A program made the position numbers and the translations under genes. Below the pieces are notes generated by a model. That model had not been told where the DNA came from. It saw only the letters and a program-made list of their open reading frames with translations, and searched no databases. Positions 50,261 through 63,123 of a DNA stretch of 64,000 bases are shown here, one piece after another (the stretch's first letter is position 1; each line of letters opens with the position of its first letter). Origin of the DNA: Syntrophales bacterium (GTDB taxonomy: Bacteria; Desulfobacterota; Syntrophia; Syntrophales; PHBD01); the NCBI GenBank assembly GCA_963668175.1, contig OY764159.1, forward strand, positions 1,920,001 through 1,984,000. Direction: 5' to 3'.

Positions 50261-50300
50261 GAAGGGCAGGGCGATCATCGACCCTGCCTTCCCTTTTTTC
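50261..50300 (+). terminator. Intrinsic terminator
   Basis: GAAGGGCAGGG...CCCTGCCTTC plus T-tract. Confidence 0.7.
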
Positions 50301-50832
50301 TCCGGAGCGCGAATGGCGTTAACCCCGCTTCGGGGCATCGTCTTTTAAAATACTGAAAAAACGCGTCGGCTCACCCCGACCGCAGCGGCGCCAGTCCGAT
50401 GCTCCGCTGTCCCGCTTGAATCCGTCGTCATTCTTGCCGTCGCCCAATCTCCATATCATGAGCTGAAAATCTTCATTTGACAGCCGGCATTTTTACACAT
50501 TATTTTCGTTTTCTCGGCAACAAGTTGTCCATTGACGGTATGACCGGCGTTCGGGTGTTATGCTAACCAATCGCGCAGATATATCCATGCGTTGGAAAAT
50601 GGCACCCATAACGCTTCCTATGGCGTATCAAAGATCATCGCATGATCACCGCGTTGATGTCGCTTCTGCCTGACGGAATCCCCGCAGAAAAGAGGGGGCT
50701 AAGCGAAATAAGCCCTGCGAATGTGGGGTCTTATAAACCGTGGTTCTTGCCGTGGGAGGGGAAGGCTGAGTGTTACGTGAATCTGCTTTAAGCTTTCCTG
50801 CGATCTCCATGTGGCGCGGTATGTGAGGGGAT

Positions 50833-51513
50833 TTAAACCGGGATGCCATCCCGCTCCAGCGTGTAAATATTCACGGGATTGTTCTTCACGGAGATGGCGT
50901 CGACGCCGCTCAGCTTCGCCGGCTTGCGCAGTTGCTCCCTCGTGAATTCCGAAAGAAGGATCTCCGTTCCATACCGGCCGTTGAACCCCGCCAGGCGTGA
51001 GGCCAGGTTGACCGCGTCGCCCAGGATCGTGTACTGGAAGCGGGTCGGTGTGCCGAAGTTGCCCAGCATTACCCTGCCGCTGTTGATGCCGATCGCCACG
51101 TCGAGGGGCGGGATGCCCTTGGCCTGCCATTTCCTGGACAGGTTCCTGCCCCGCTCGACGGCGTCCATGGCGCAGGCGCACGCATTGTCGGCATGGTCGG
51201 TTTCGTCGCGGGCGCCCCAGAACGCCACCATCGTGTCCCCGATGCCGATGGTGCGGTCGACAATGCCCTTGCGGCTTTCGATCGTGGCGGTCATGACGGT
51301 GAGGTACTCGGTCAGAATATGGACCAGCATCTCCGGCGGCAAGCGTTCGGCGATCTCGGCGAAGCCGCCGATGCGCTGGAAGTAGACCGTCATCTTCTTC
51401 ACCTGGCCGCCGAGGTGCAGGGCGTCTTCGCCGTGTTGCAGCACCCTCTCGAGGACGTGTTCGCCGTTGTAGGCCGCCAGCGCTTTCTTCAGAAGCTTAT
51501 CCTTGAACAGCAC
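50833..51513 (-). CDS. Stand-alone class III adenylate/guanylate cyclase domain, degenerate
   Basis: IGINSG..GNFG..YTILGDAVNLASRL; FQRIGGF replaces FxDIxGF; GTG start. Confidence 0.82.
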   Translation of the reverse strand: MLFKDKLLKKALAAYNGEHVLERVLQHGEDALHLGGQVKKMTVYFQRIGGFAEIAERLPPEMLVHILTEYLTVMTATIESRKGIVDRTIGIGDTMVAFWGARDETDHADNACACAMDAVERGRNLSRKWQAKGIPPLDVAIGINSGRVMLGNFGTPTRFQYTILGDAVNLASRLAGFNGRYGTEILLSEFTREQLRKPAKLSGVDAISVKNNPVNIYTLERDGIPV

Positions 51514-51692
51514 GGTGATCCCCCCTTGACGGAATGAAGATACACTATCGCCGCCGCCGATTCAAAGGTTAAATTGCCGGGAGCCGGCCCGACGGCCGGT
51601 CCGGAAGGATGTGCGGCAGAGGAAAGACGGGTCTGTCCGCCGACTGCCGGTGCTGCGGCGGAAAGCGAAAATACACGGCGCCGAATCGTCCT

Positions 51693-54104
<2,412 letters not shown>

Positions 54105-54242
54105 GCTTCCTCCCCTTTTACGAACAGCGGCGGACGCCGTCGCCATGAAACTATTGCAGTCGAATCAAGGACCGGATTCAGGGCCTGTTCCGCCCGGATA
54201 CCTCCTGACGTGCGGGGTCACCCGGCTTGATCTCCCCCTGTT

Positions 54243-54258
54243 ACCAAAAATCGTGCCA
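54243..54258 (-). promoter_or_regulatory. Sigma-54-like promoter (variant -12)
   Basis: Minus strand TGGCACGATTTTTGGT. Confidence 0.4.
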
Positions 54259-54952
54259 GATCGGATGCTTACGGGGAAATAAAGCAGTATGCATATAGTA
54301 ATCATATACTTAGATGACTGATTCGCGTATCTCCGCGGCCGGAAAGCGGAATCGCCGGGGCCGCCATTCCCGTCGTTCCGGAGCCCTTTGTCCGGAAAAT
54401 CGGACAAATAAACAGGAATGCCGGACGGTTGGCATGGGTTGTTCCGGCGATAAAGAAGGGAGCAGGCGATGGGTAAGGAATAGGAAGCAGTGGGGTTCGG
54501 GGCCGTCACGTCGAACAGTGGCAGGCAGGGCCGTTCCCGGTCGTTCCATCGTCCGGAAATGCGCCAAGCCTCCCTTACGCGGACTCTTATATGCAAAAGC
54601 TATCGAATTAAGTCTAATGATATATTTTTAATTTTGGGAAGCGGGGATTAGGGTGACGTCCGAGCCAGGGATCATGCCGTCCGGAGGCGAATGGATCGCG
54701 GCGCAACCTTGCGTTGCGCGCGGGCTCGGGCAGGTTGCGAGGGAGCGCCCGGGGCAGGCGGGCAATGAGAGCCGGCCCTTGAGCGAATAGCGCCGCTCCG
54801 GAGGAGAAGGAAGAGGGACGATCGGGTGGCGGTCGAGGGGGTCGTCGCGTTCCTCCCTAGCTTGTCCAAACGGGAGGTTCCCGGAGTGTTCGCACCGAAT
54901 CGGGCCCTCCCGTTTTTCTTCAGAAAAGAACCGTCGTCCGTTTCTTCCCGCC

Positions 54953-55828
54953 TTACGTCTCTTTCAAAAAAGCGATCAGCTCCCGGTTGAACTTCGCGGC
55001 GTCCTGGATGTGCAGGGCGTGGCCGCAGTCCGCGAACGGGACGATCCGGGCCCTGGGTATCATCTCCTTCATGTACTCGTAGTTCTCCGGCGGATAGTAG
55101 TTGCTCTCCAGGCCGTACGTGAGCAGGCAGGGCGCCGTGATGTACGATAGGTAAGGGCGGTAGTCCTGGACGGACATGGATATCCAGAAGGCGATGATGA
55201 CGTGGGGCGTGTTCCTTTTCGCCTCCTCGTAGAGCCAGGGGAGGTCCGCCTTGCCAGGAAAATCGGCCCGGTCGTCGAATTCCATTTTCGCATTCATGAG
55301 GGACCTGTTCAGGATGCGCTGGGCGACGATGCGGCTGTAGGCATCCCAGCTGCCCAGCATGGCGGCCAGGATTCTCAGATTGTCTTCGTGGCCGAAATCC
55401 CCCGCTTGTCCGTTCAAGAGTCCCGGAAGTCCGAAGGACCAGTCGTCGGCCTTCATGATCTTCGGAGCCATATCGATGACGCATATCTTCTCCAGCCTGT
55501 CGCAGGAGAACTGCTTCACGAATTCGAAGATGACGTGCGTCCCCATGGACCAGCCGACGGCGGAGAACGTCCCCACTTCAAGGTAGTCAAGCAGTTCCCT
55601 GATGTCCTGGGCCAGGCGGCCGATCGTCAGGCCGTGCTCCGGGACCTCCGAATCGCCGTGCCCCCTGAGGTCCAGCGTGATGACCCGGAAGTGTTCGGCG
55701 AGTTCCGGCGTCTGCTTCCTGAAATGCCGCCTGTTCGCCGTGAGCCCGTGGATCAGAAGGACCGGTCTGCCTTTCCCCTTCTCTTCGTAATAGAGCCGCA
55801 CATGGTCGTCCGTGACAAAATAGGGCAT
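54953..55828 (-). CDS. Alpha/beta hydrolase (non-heme haloperoxidase/esterase-like)
   Basis: LIHG, DLRGHGDS, GWSMG, CGHAL. Confidence 0.9.
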   Translation of the reverse strand: MPYFVTDDHVRLYYEEKGKGRPVLLIHGLTANRRHFRKQTPELAEHFRVITLDLRGHGDSEVPEHGLTIGRLAQDIRELLDYLEVGTFSAVGWSMGTHVIFEFVKQFSCDRLEKICVIDMAPKIMKADDWSFGLPGLLNGQAGDFGHEDNLRILAAMLGSWDAYSRIVAQRILNRSLMNAKMEFDDRADFPGKADLPWLYEEAKRNTPHVIIAFWISMSVQDYRPYLSYITAPCLLTYGLESNYYPPENYEYMKEMIPRARIVPFADCGHALHIQDAAKFNRELIAFLKET

Positions 55829-56071
55829 GGTTGTATCCTTTCTTTCAATCAGTCAATGCGGCGGAAAACGGCCCGCCCGGCCTTTTCTCTCCGGGGCGGC
55901 CAAGCCCCGGAATGCCTCACGGATACGGATTTTCCGGCGCCGGTTGCCGGAAGTTCCCGGATTTACATATTTTCACCTATGTTAACTTTATTCCCGCATA
56001 CGCCTCCTATATAACATACCCAGACCGCAAGACAGAAACAGATAATGTTTCGGCACAAAAGGAGGTTCGTT

Positions 56072-56605
56072 ATGAAAAAAATCATCGTTGCGATACTCGC
56101 GGTTCTCGTTGTGTCGCTTTCGGCACCCGGCTTTGCAGGCGGCGGTCCCCCGCCGTTTCCCTGCCCCGAAGAAGGCCGCCAGGCTCCTCCGGGATTCATG
56201 GGCGTCATGGCTCCCCCCGGTTCCGATGTCCCGATGCTTTTGCATCCCGCGCTGGTCCGGCATCTCAACCTGTCTTCCGATCAGAAGGCCAGGATGGCTG
56301 CATTGAAGGATAAGGCTGACAAGGAGGCGAGGGAACTGGCGTACAGACTTGCCCACAGGCGTCTGGAGATGCGCGAGCTTTTCTCCGACCCCCGTGTAAA
56401 GGAGGCCGCCCTTATTGAAAAACAGAAGGAACTGGGCGCCATAGACGGAAAACTGAACGCCGTCAGAGCGCAGGCGGCGATCCGGATGAGGTCGATCCTG
56501 ACGGCCGAACAGATCGCCAAACTGGACCGGCTGGCTCCGCCGCCGCCCCCTCTCCCTTACGATATTCTCGGCTTGGACCCGATGGAAGAACCTTTCGACG
56601 AATAG
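56072..56605 (+). CDS. Spy/CpxP family periplasmic protein
   Basis: Signal peptide; LNLSSDQ and ILTAEQ (LTxxQ) motifs; AGGAGG RBS. Confidence 0.85.
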   Translation: MKKIIVAILAVLVVSLSAPGFAGGGPPPFPCPEEGRQAPPGFMGVMAPPGSDVPMLLHPALVRHLNLSSDQKARMAALKDKADKEARELAYRLAHRRLEMRELFSDPRVKEAALIEKQKELGAIDGKLNAVRAQAAIRMRSILTAEQIAKLDRLAPPPPPLPYDILGLDPMEEPFDE

Positions 56606-57077
56606 GGGATACCCCGATCCGGCCCTTTCGACGAAGGAGCGGGACGGCGGCGGCAGTCACGCGCCGCCGCCCTGCTCCGCATTTTTCCCCCTTTTCCCTG
56701 AAATGACAAACCGTGTATGTTTTTATACGGGCTCTGCGCCTGCGGAGGGATTTTCTTTGTCTTGAGTCAGTCCCCATGCGGTCATTTTCTGTAGGAAAGA
56801 GTGATAAAATACAATGCATTACTGGATTTTCTGTGCGCAGTGTGGTAGTCAGTTACGCAGGAAAGGCCGGTGAATGACTCCATGCTGGAAAAACTGCTGA
56901 AACGCCGATGCGATCCGGTTCGTGAAACCCCGCTTCTGTTTTATAGAGAGGAGGGGTTTTTTTTCGGCTGAAAGCGTATGCCCCGCCTCGCCGGGCGGGA
57001 TCGTGACATTTCGGCTCCGGGAACGGACGACGCCCCGGGAAGCTGTCGGATTTCATAAGGAGGAGAAACAAGGAAGG

Positions 57078-59261
57078 ATGGAAAAAGACAGGAAAACAGC
57101 GCGCAAAAAGTCGACGGACAGGCAAAAGGAGATGCAGTGGGCGATCGATTCGTTTCAGGTCGCCAACCTCGAAGTTCTGCTGAGGCGGATTCCCATCGTG
57201 ATCGGCAAGGGATTCAAATGTCCCGTCTGCGTCCTCTATCTTCTCGAAAGGGACCATCTCAGGTTCGTTTCATCCGTCGGCCTCGATGCCGGCGTCGCCG
57301 TCGCCGAAAAGATACCCGTGGGCCAAAGCTTTTCCGGGCGGCTCCTTGAGCGCGGGGAGCCGAGACTTTTTGCGGACATCGCGCCGTTCCTCGCGGAAGT
57401 TCCCGACAACCGGGAGCCTTACTTCAACGGGTCCGTTGCGGCGAGTCCCCTCATCTTCAACCAGCAGATCATCGGTCTGATCGTCATCTGCCGGCCCGCT
57501 CCGCTTCCGCCTTTCACCGTCGAGGACCGCGACTGGCTGATCACCTACGCCAACCAGGCCGCCTTCGCCGTCGAGTGCCAGAGGCTCGCCGACAAGCGCA
57601 GCAGCCAGCTGGTGAAGGCCCAGTCCGAGTTGACGAAACTCAACGAGCAGCTCCGCCGGGACATCCTCCGCCGCAAGAAGGCCGAAGATGTGCGGCGGGA
57701 ATCGGAACGAAGGCTCGCCGACATCATCGAGTTCCTGCCCGACGCCACGATCGTCATCGACAGGGACAGCAAGGTCATCGCCTGGAACCGGGCCATGGAG
57801 GTCATGACCGGGGTCCCGAAGGGGGAGATGCTCGGCAGGAACGACAATGCCTACGCGGTGCCCTTTTACGGACACAAGAGGCCCATGCTGATCGACTACG
57901 CCCTCCATCCGGAGCTGAAGATCGGGAACGAATACACCGCCGTCCGGAGAACGGGGGACACGCTGACCGGCGAGTGCTTCGTCTCTTCCATCCCGCCCGG
58001 CGACGTCCACATGTCGGCGACGGCGTCGGTCCTGCGCGACTCCCACGGCGGGATCATCGCCGCCATCGAGTGCATCCGCGACAGCACGGAACGGAGGAAA
58101 CTCGCGGAGCGCCTGAACAGGGCGGAGAAGATGGAAGGCCTGGGCAGGCTGGCGGGCGGCGTGGCCCACGACCTGAACAACGTCCTCGGCGTTCTCGTCG
58201 GGTACTCGGAGCTTCTTGCGGCCAAGCTGCCCGGGGACAGCCCCCTGCGCAAGTATGTCGACAACATCCACCGCTCCAGCATCCGCGGGGCGGCCATCAT
58301 CCAGGATCTCCTCACCCTGGCCCGGCGGGGCGTGACCATCTCGGAAGTGGTCGATCTCAACCGCGTCGTCGCCGACTATTTCCGCACGCCCGAGTTCGAG
58401 AAGCTCCGTTCTTTTCATCCGAACGTGAAGATCGAAACGGACTTCGATCCCGGGCTCCTCAATATCAAGGGCTCGCCCGTCCATCTGGGCAAGACGCTTA
58501 TGAACCTCGTCTCCAACGCGGCCGAGGCGATGTCCGGTCCCGGCGAGATCGCGATCCGCACCGAAAACCGGTACCTGGACCGCCCCCTCCAGGGATTCGA
58601 CGAGATGAAGGAAGGGGAGTACGTGGTCCTTACCGTATCCGACACGGGAAGCGGGATATCCGAACAGGATATCGGGAAGATCTTCGAGCCCTTCTACACG
58701 AAAAAGGTCATGGGACGGAGCGGCACGGGCCTCGGGCTGGCCGTCGTCTGGGGGACGGTGAAGGACCACAACGGCTGCATCGACGTCCGGAGCGAGGAAG
58801 GGAAGGGGAGCACGTTTACCCTCTATTTCCCCGCCACGAGAGAGAGGCTGCCCGCGGCCAGGGAACCGGCGTCGATGGCCTCCTATATGGGCAAGGGCGA
58901 GGCGATCCTGGTCGTGGACGACGTCGATGCCCAGAGGGATCTCGCCCTCACGATGCTGGAGACGCTGGGGTACCGTGTGGATGCCGTGGACTGCGGCGAA
59001 GCGGCGATCGACTACCTGAAGGAGAACAAGGCCGACCTCGTGGTTCTCGATATGATCATGGACCCCGGGATGGACGGCCTGGAGACCTACCGGAGGATTA
59101 TCGAGATCGTCCCCGGCCAGAAGGCGGTGGTCGTGAGCGGATACGCCGAAACGGAAAGGGTCAGGCAGGCGGGGAAGCTCGGGGCCGGCCCCTTCGTGAA
59201 GAAGCCTTACAGCCTGGAGACGATCGGTCTCGCCCTGAGACACGAGCTGGACCGGGAATGA
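57078..59261 (+). CDS. Hybrid GAF-PAS sensor kinase / response regulator
   Basis: GAF, PAS, AHDLNN, DTGSGI, GTGLGL, REC VVLDMIM. Confidence 0.94.
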   Translation: MEKDRKTARKKSTDRQKEMQWAIDSFQVANLEVLLRRIPIVIGKGFKCPVCVLYLLERDHLRFVSSVGLDAGVAVAEKIPVGQSFSGRLLERGEPRLFADIAPFLAEVPDNREPYFNGSVAASPLIFNQQIIGLIVICRPAPLPPFTVEDRDWLITYANQAAFAVECQRLADKRSSQLVKAQSELTKLNEQLRRDILRRKKAEDVRRESERRLADIIEFLPDATIVIDRDSKVIAWNRAMEVMTGVPKGEMLGRNDNAYAVPFYGHKRPMLIDYALHPELKIGNEYTAVRRTGDTLTGECFVSSIPPGDVHMSATASVLRDSHGGIIAAIECIRDSTERRKLAERLNRAEKMEGLGRLAGGVAHDLNNVLGVLVGYSELLAAKLPGDSPLRKYVDNIHRSSIRGAAIIQDLLTLARRGVTISEVVDLNRVVADYFRTPEFEKLRSFHPNVKIETDFDPGLLNIKGSPVHLGKTLMNLVSNAAEAMSGPGEIAIRTENRYLDRPLQGFDEMKEGEYVVLTVSDTGSGISEQDIGKIFEPFYTKKVMGRSGTGLGLAVVWGTVKDHNGCIDVRSEEGKGSTFTLYFPATRERLPAAREPASMASYMGKGEAILVVDDVDAQRDLALTMLETLGYRVDAVDCGEAAIDYLKENKADLVVLDMIMDPGMDGLETYRRIIEIVPGQKAVVVSGYAETERVRQAGKLGAGPFVKKPYSLETIGLALRHELDRE

Positions 59262-59362
59262 AGCGCCGTCCCTCCGCGGCGGGCGGCCGCTGCCTGATGC
59301 GCGTTCGATGCCTCAGCCGGGAAGATGCGCCGTTGCGGTGAAGACGAACCGCGTAAGGTCCC

Positions 59363-59539
59363 TCACCTGGGCTGGGCCGGAGTGAATGCGTCGCAGGGGC
59401 TGTCGTTGCGGCAGTATTTATCGAAGATGCATTCCATCTCGCAGGCGTTCATGAGCTTGCGCACCTCATCCGCAGTATTGCCGATGAAAGAGGCGCATTG
59501 GGCGCATTGTTCTTCGTAACGGTCGAATGCCTCCGTCAA
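59363..59539 (-). CDS. Small Cys-rich hypothetical protein (58 aa)
   Basis: GGAGG RBS + TTG start; CAQC..CEMEC..YC..PC. Confidence 0.5.
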   Translation of the reverse strand: MTEAFDRYEEQCAQCASFIGNTADEVRKLMNACEMECIFDKYCRNDSPCDAFTPAQPR

Positions 59540-59701
59540 CGTCGGTACCTCCCTCCATCTCATGCGCGGCGGCCGGACCCGGGTAAGCGATCCTGCCGTT
59601 TCGTTCCATACGTCAAGCCTGGTTGCCGGTATGATTAGAGAAACGGCGGGATCGTGTCAATATAGAAAGACTATTCATAAAAGGAGTAGAAATTCTCTAC
59701 C

Positions 59702-61507
59702 CTAGGCCAGCGTCAGCAGGTGCGACTGCAGGTTGATGCCTCTGTTGCGCAGGTCGAGCTTGCGTCTCAGATTGTTCCGGTGCGTCTTCACCGTGCCCAG
59801 GGCGATATTCAGGATCGACGCCATCTCCTGCGACGATTTGCCATGCCTTACCATTTCGGCGACCTGGATCTCCTGCGGCGTCAGTTTCTGATACGAGGCG
59901 GCCAGGTTCTGCATGAAAGGCGAGACGATGTTCTGCAGGTTCGATTCGAGCATGTCCAGGTACGTCGCGCATTGCTTCCCCGGGTTGTGCTGCCGGAGTT
60001 TCCTCACATAGGGGATGACGAATTCGTTGACGTTGTAAATGAGCTTCTCCTCGATCTTCTTCTGATCCTCGGCGTGGCGTTTGAAGAAGAACCGAAGTGC
60101 CGTGTTGGCCTCTTCCAGCTCCAGCGCCCTCTGGTGCATGGCCTCTTCGTGCTCCTTCAGGTCTTCCTCGGCGATTTTCCGCTCCGTGATGTCGTGGGTG
60201 ATGACGGAGACATGCGTCGTCTCCCCGCCCGTCTGCGAATAGGGGTAATAGCCGATGACGAAGTAGCGGCGACCCAGGCGGGGAAAAACGATCCAGTCTT
60301 CATCCCTCACCGTTTCCCCGCTCAAGCAGCGGTCCATCTTGGGTTTGATGAAGGCGGTGAAACGCCGGCGGCCCCACATCGCCGCCATGGAGCGGCCGAC
60401 GATCTCCTCGCGCGCCTTCCCCACGGCCCGGCAGTAGGCCTCGTTGACGGCCTCATAGACGTAACTGCGGTTGGCGAGGGTCATCATCTCCCGGGCGCTG
60501 TTCACGACGAAGGCCATCTTCTTCAGGCTCTCCGCGATACGCCGGTGCTCCTCGATTTCGGCGGTCAGGGTCCGCGTCCGCTCCGCGACGCGCGCCTCCA
60601 GTTCGACCCTGCTTTTCAACAGGGCCTCCTCCGCCTCCTTGCGGTCCGTGATGTCCTGGAAAGAACCCTCGTAATAGAGTATCTCCCCGCGGGCGTCCCG
60701 CACCGCGCGGGCGTTCATGACGCACCACCTGGTGCTTCCGTCCTGACGGGCGAACGCCGCTTCGTAATCCCGGACGTAGCCCCGCTTTTTCAGGAGACGG
60801 GCCATTTCGCGGCGGTCCTTCGGATTGCGGTAAAGCTGCCGGCCGATGTCGTCGACCGACCGGATCATATCCTCCGGCGATTCGAACCCCATGAGCCTGG
60901 CGGTAAAGGGGTTGACGGCGAGAATCCGCCCTTCCGGCGAGGTGCGCCAGATGCCGATGGGGATTTTTTCGAACATGTCGCGGTATTGTTTTTCCGAAAG
61001 CGTCAGGGCCTCTTCGAGGCGCTTGCGGCCGGTGATGTCGCGGACGACGACCAGGAAGATCCTGCCGCCGCCGTACCGGACCGGCGTGAACGAAACCGTG
61101 ACGGCTACGGCGGCGCCGTCCTTTCTTAAGGCCTTCGCCTCCAGGCTGTAACGCCGCCCGGACCTGCCGTAGGCCCGCATCGTCCCGCCCCGCGCCTCCC
61201 TGGAAAGGAGCGCCGCGAATTCTTTTCCGAAAAGCTCTTCCGCCGCGTAGCCGAGAAGCTCTCCCGCTTTCCGGCTCGCGTCTACGATCGTCCCGCCGCG
61301 GTCCGTGACGAAGACGGCGTCGGGGGCCTCGCGGACGATGGCGCGGTATCGCCCGCCGTCTCCGCCGCCGCCTTGATCGCGCCGTGCCGCCTCCTTCTTC
61401 AGTTTCCCGATGGTCCGTTTAAGCTCTTCGATTTTCCCTTCAAGCTGTCCGCTGTCGCCTCGCCGCTGCCGCCCGGTCCTCGCCTCGCTTCCCATCTTGC
61501 CCAACAT
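59702..61507 (-). CDS. Multi-PAS LuxR-family transcriptional regulator
   Basis: Three PAS domains; LTPQEIQVA..TVKTHRNNLRRKL HTH. Confidence 0.92.
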   Translation of the reverse strand: MLGKMGSEARTGRQRRGDSGQLEGKIEELKRTIGKLKKEAARRDQGGGGDGGRYRAIVREAPDAVFVTDRGGTIVDASRKAGELLGYAAEELFGKEFAALLSREARGGTMRAYGRSGRRYSLEAKALRKDGAAVAVTVSFTPVRYGGGRIFLVVVRDITGRKRLEEALTLSEKQYRDMFEKIPIGIWRTSPEGRILAVNPFTARLMGFESPEDMIRSVDDIGRQLYRNPKDRREMARLLKKRGYVRDYEAAFARQDGSTRWCVMNARAVRDARGEILYYEGSFQDITDRKEAEEALLKSRVELEARVAERTRTLTAEIEEHRRIAESLKKMAFVVNSAREMMTLANRSYVYEAVNEAYCRAVGKAREEIVGRSMAAMWGRRRFTAFIKPKMDRCLSGETVRDEDWIVFPRLGRRYFVIGYYPYSQTGGETTHVSVITHDITERKIAEEDLKEHEEAMHQRALELEEANTALRFFFKRHAEDQKKIEEKLIYNVNEFVIPYVRKLRQHNPGKQCATYLDMLESNLQNIVSPFMQNLAASYQKLTPQEIQVAEMVRHGKSSQEMASILNIALGTVKTHRNNLRRKLDLRNRGINLQSHLLTLA

Positions 61508-61813
61508 CCTCCCCCATGCCGGCTCGAATACAGAAACGCCGTTTCTCCCCCCGGGGGCCTTATACCATTATTGCATGCAGGATCACAGCGATTTGACGGG
61601 CGTATGAGCAGCACATTTTTGTCATACATGCGCTTGCGGGAGCGGGCGCGGCGGTTTAGACCGGGAATATGAAAGGGAAGGGCGGCGGGATACGGCTTGC
61701 CGTTTTTGTCCGGCGGAAATGTCCGGACGGTCGTTTTTCCGGTTATGTCCGACGCCGGGACGAATGGGGTACGGCCCCGTTCCGGCGGCGGACCGCCGGA
61801 ACGGGACACGGCC

Positions 61814-61993
61814 TTATCGGCCTTTTCTTACCTTCTCGATACGGCCGGCGTCCATGCCGAGCCATTCGAGGAAGTTCTGATGCGCCGCGGGATATTCGGC
61901 CTCGAAGAGGCGGTGCCATTTCTCCATGGCCTCGTCCGTAAGCCCGATCTCGCGGAACATGCCGACCCACTGTTCGACTGTCACTCTGTCCAT
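61814..61993 (-). CDS. 59-aa protein resembling a MerR-family C-terminal domain (not in ORF track)
   Basis: MDRVTVEQWVGMFREIGLTDEAMEKWHRLFEAEYPAAHQNFLEWLGMDAGRIEKVRKGR; AAAGGA RBS. Confidence 0.78.
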   Translation of the reverse strand: MDRVTVEQWVGMFREIGLTDEAMEKWHRLFEAEYPAAHQNFLEWLGMDAGRIEKVRKGR

Positions 61994-62044
61994 GTTTTTT
62001 ATCCTTTCGATTTGAGAATTTCCCCATGGCCATGGGCAGCGGAC

Positions 62045-62075
62045 TTCCTAATCTATAAAGCGGTAGACGGGTCAA
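62045..62075 (-). promoter_or_regulatory. MerR-type promoter (19-bp spacer with dyad)
   Basis: TTGACC-CGTCTACCGCTTTATAGAT-TAGGAA; dyad TCTA-N8-TAGA. Confidence 0.55.
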
Positions 62076-62437
62076 GGGATTTTTTTCGGGGTGCTAAAAT
62101 TATTTTAACGGCGGCCGGCAAAGGTCGGCCCGAAATGCCTGTTCGCGCCGTCGGCGCATGTACGCCGCAGGCCTACTCCTGCCCGGAGAGGGGACGGGTT
62201 TTGTGCTTCGGCTGGGCAGCGCCCGGAGCGTTTCGCCGCAATTTTCCATTGACCGCACCGAGGGTATCCGCTAGACAAGGCGGGAGGACATTCACAGAGA
62301 CAAACGGAGCTATCGCTGCCGCGCATGCATCCTATCGGCTGCCTGCGGGACGGCTTGGCAGGCGCGACCTGCGGGTTGTTGTCGGACCGCAGACGGCGTC
62401 GTATATTCATTTGCATACAGGAGGACAGAAAGAAGTC

Positions 62438-63028
62438 ATGCTCATTTTCGGAAAGCCCATGGGGGAAAAATATCACACGAGAAGCATCGAGACGGGAACA
62501 TACGATTACGACGAAACACGGTTCGTCACGGAAGGCGTCCTGACGGACCGCCGCTTCAAGGAATTCCATCTGGCCACGGGGGACGTGAAGAAACCCGGCG
62601 TCCTGCACCAGATGGTCGTACGCCTCCTCGTGAACAAGGCCGACCTTGTCATCGAGGACCTGGAGACGGAGATGCGCGCCGTGCCGCGCGAGGAATGCCG
62701 GGACTGCACCCATTGCCTCGACGGCATCAAGGGCGCGCGCGTCGTCGGAGGCTTCACGGCGAAGGTCAAGGAGATCGCCGGGGGCGTCAAGGGATGCAGC
62801 CATCTGGCCGCCCTGCTCACGGCGATGGGACCCGCCGTTATCCAGGGATACGGCGCCTATTGCGACCACAACATCCCCGACTTCGTCCTGGATCATTACG
62901 AGTTCCTCGTGAACACCTGCCGGAACTGGCGCGAGGACAGCCCCATCGTCGCCATGCTGAAAGAAAAGAGAGAGGCCAAACGGAAGGCCGGGGGACAGGG
63001 CGGCGGCGACGGCCGTCCGGAGCGCTGA
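62438..63028 (+). CDS. DUF2889 family protein
   Basis: HTRSI, EGVLTD, LHQM, VP..EC, GVKGCSHL, NTC; AGGAGG RBS. Confidence 0.8.
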   Translation: MLIFGKPMGEKYHTRSIETGTYDYDETRFVTEGVLTDRRFKEFHLATGDVKKPGVLHQMVVRLLVNKADLVIEDLETEMRAVPREECRDCTHCLDGIKGARVVGGFTAKVKEIAGGVKGCSHLAALLTAMGPAVIQGYGAYCDHNIPDFVLDHYEFLVNTCRNWREDSPIVAMLKEKREAKRKAGGQGGGDGRPER

Positions 63029-63123
63029 CGCGGGAGGCCGGCATGAAGGCGGTAATGGCTGCACGGCTGCAATGTGCGGGGCAAGGTGTCCCGGCGGCGG
63101 CCGGCTTTTAACGGGACGGGGGC

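Noticed and set aside
50300..50830. Possible tRNA/ncRNA in the intergenic region
   Set aside because: No cloverleaf, T-loop or recognisable RNA family; promoter spacing unconvincing.
54310..54567. 85-aa minus-strand ORF with a GGGAGG RBS
   Set aside because: No recognisable motif or clear codon bias; cannot be supported from sequence alone.
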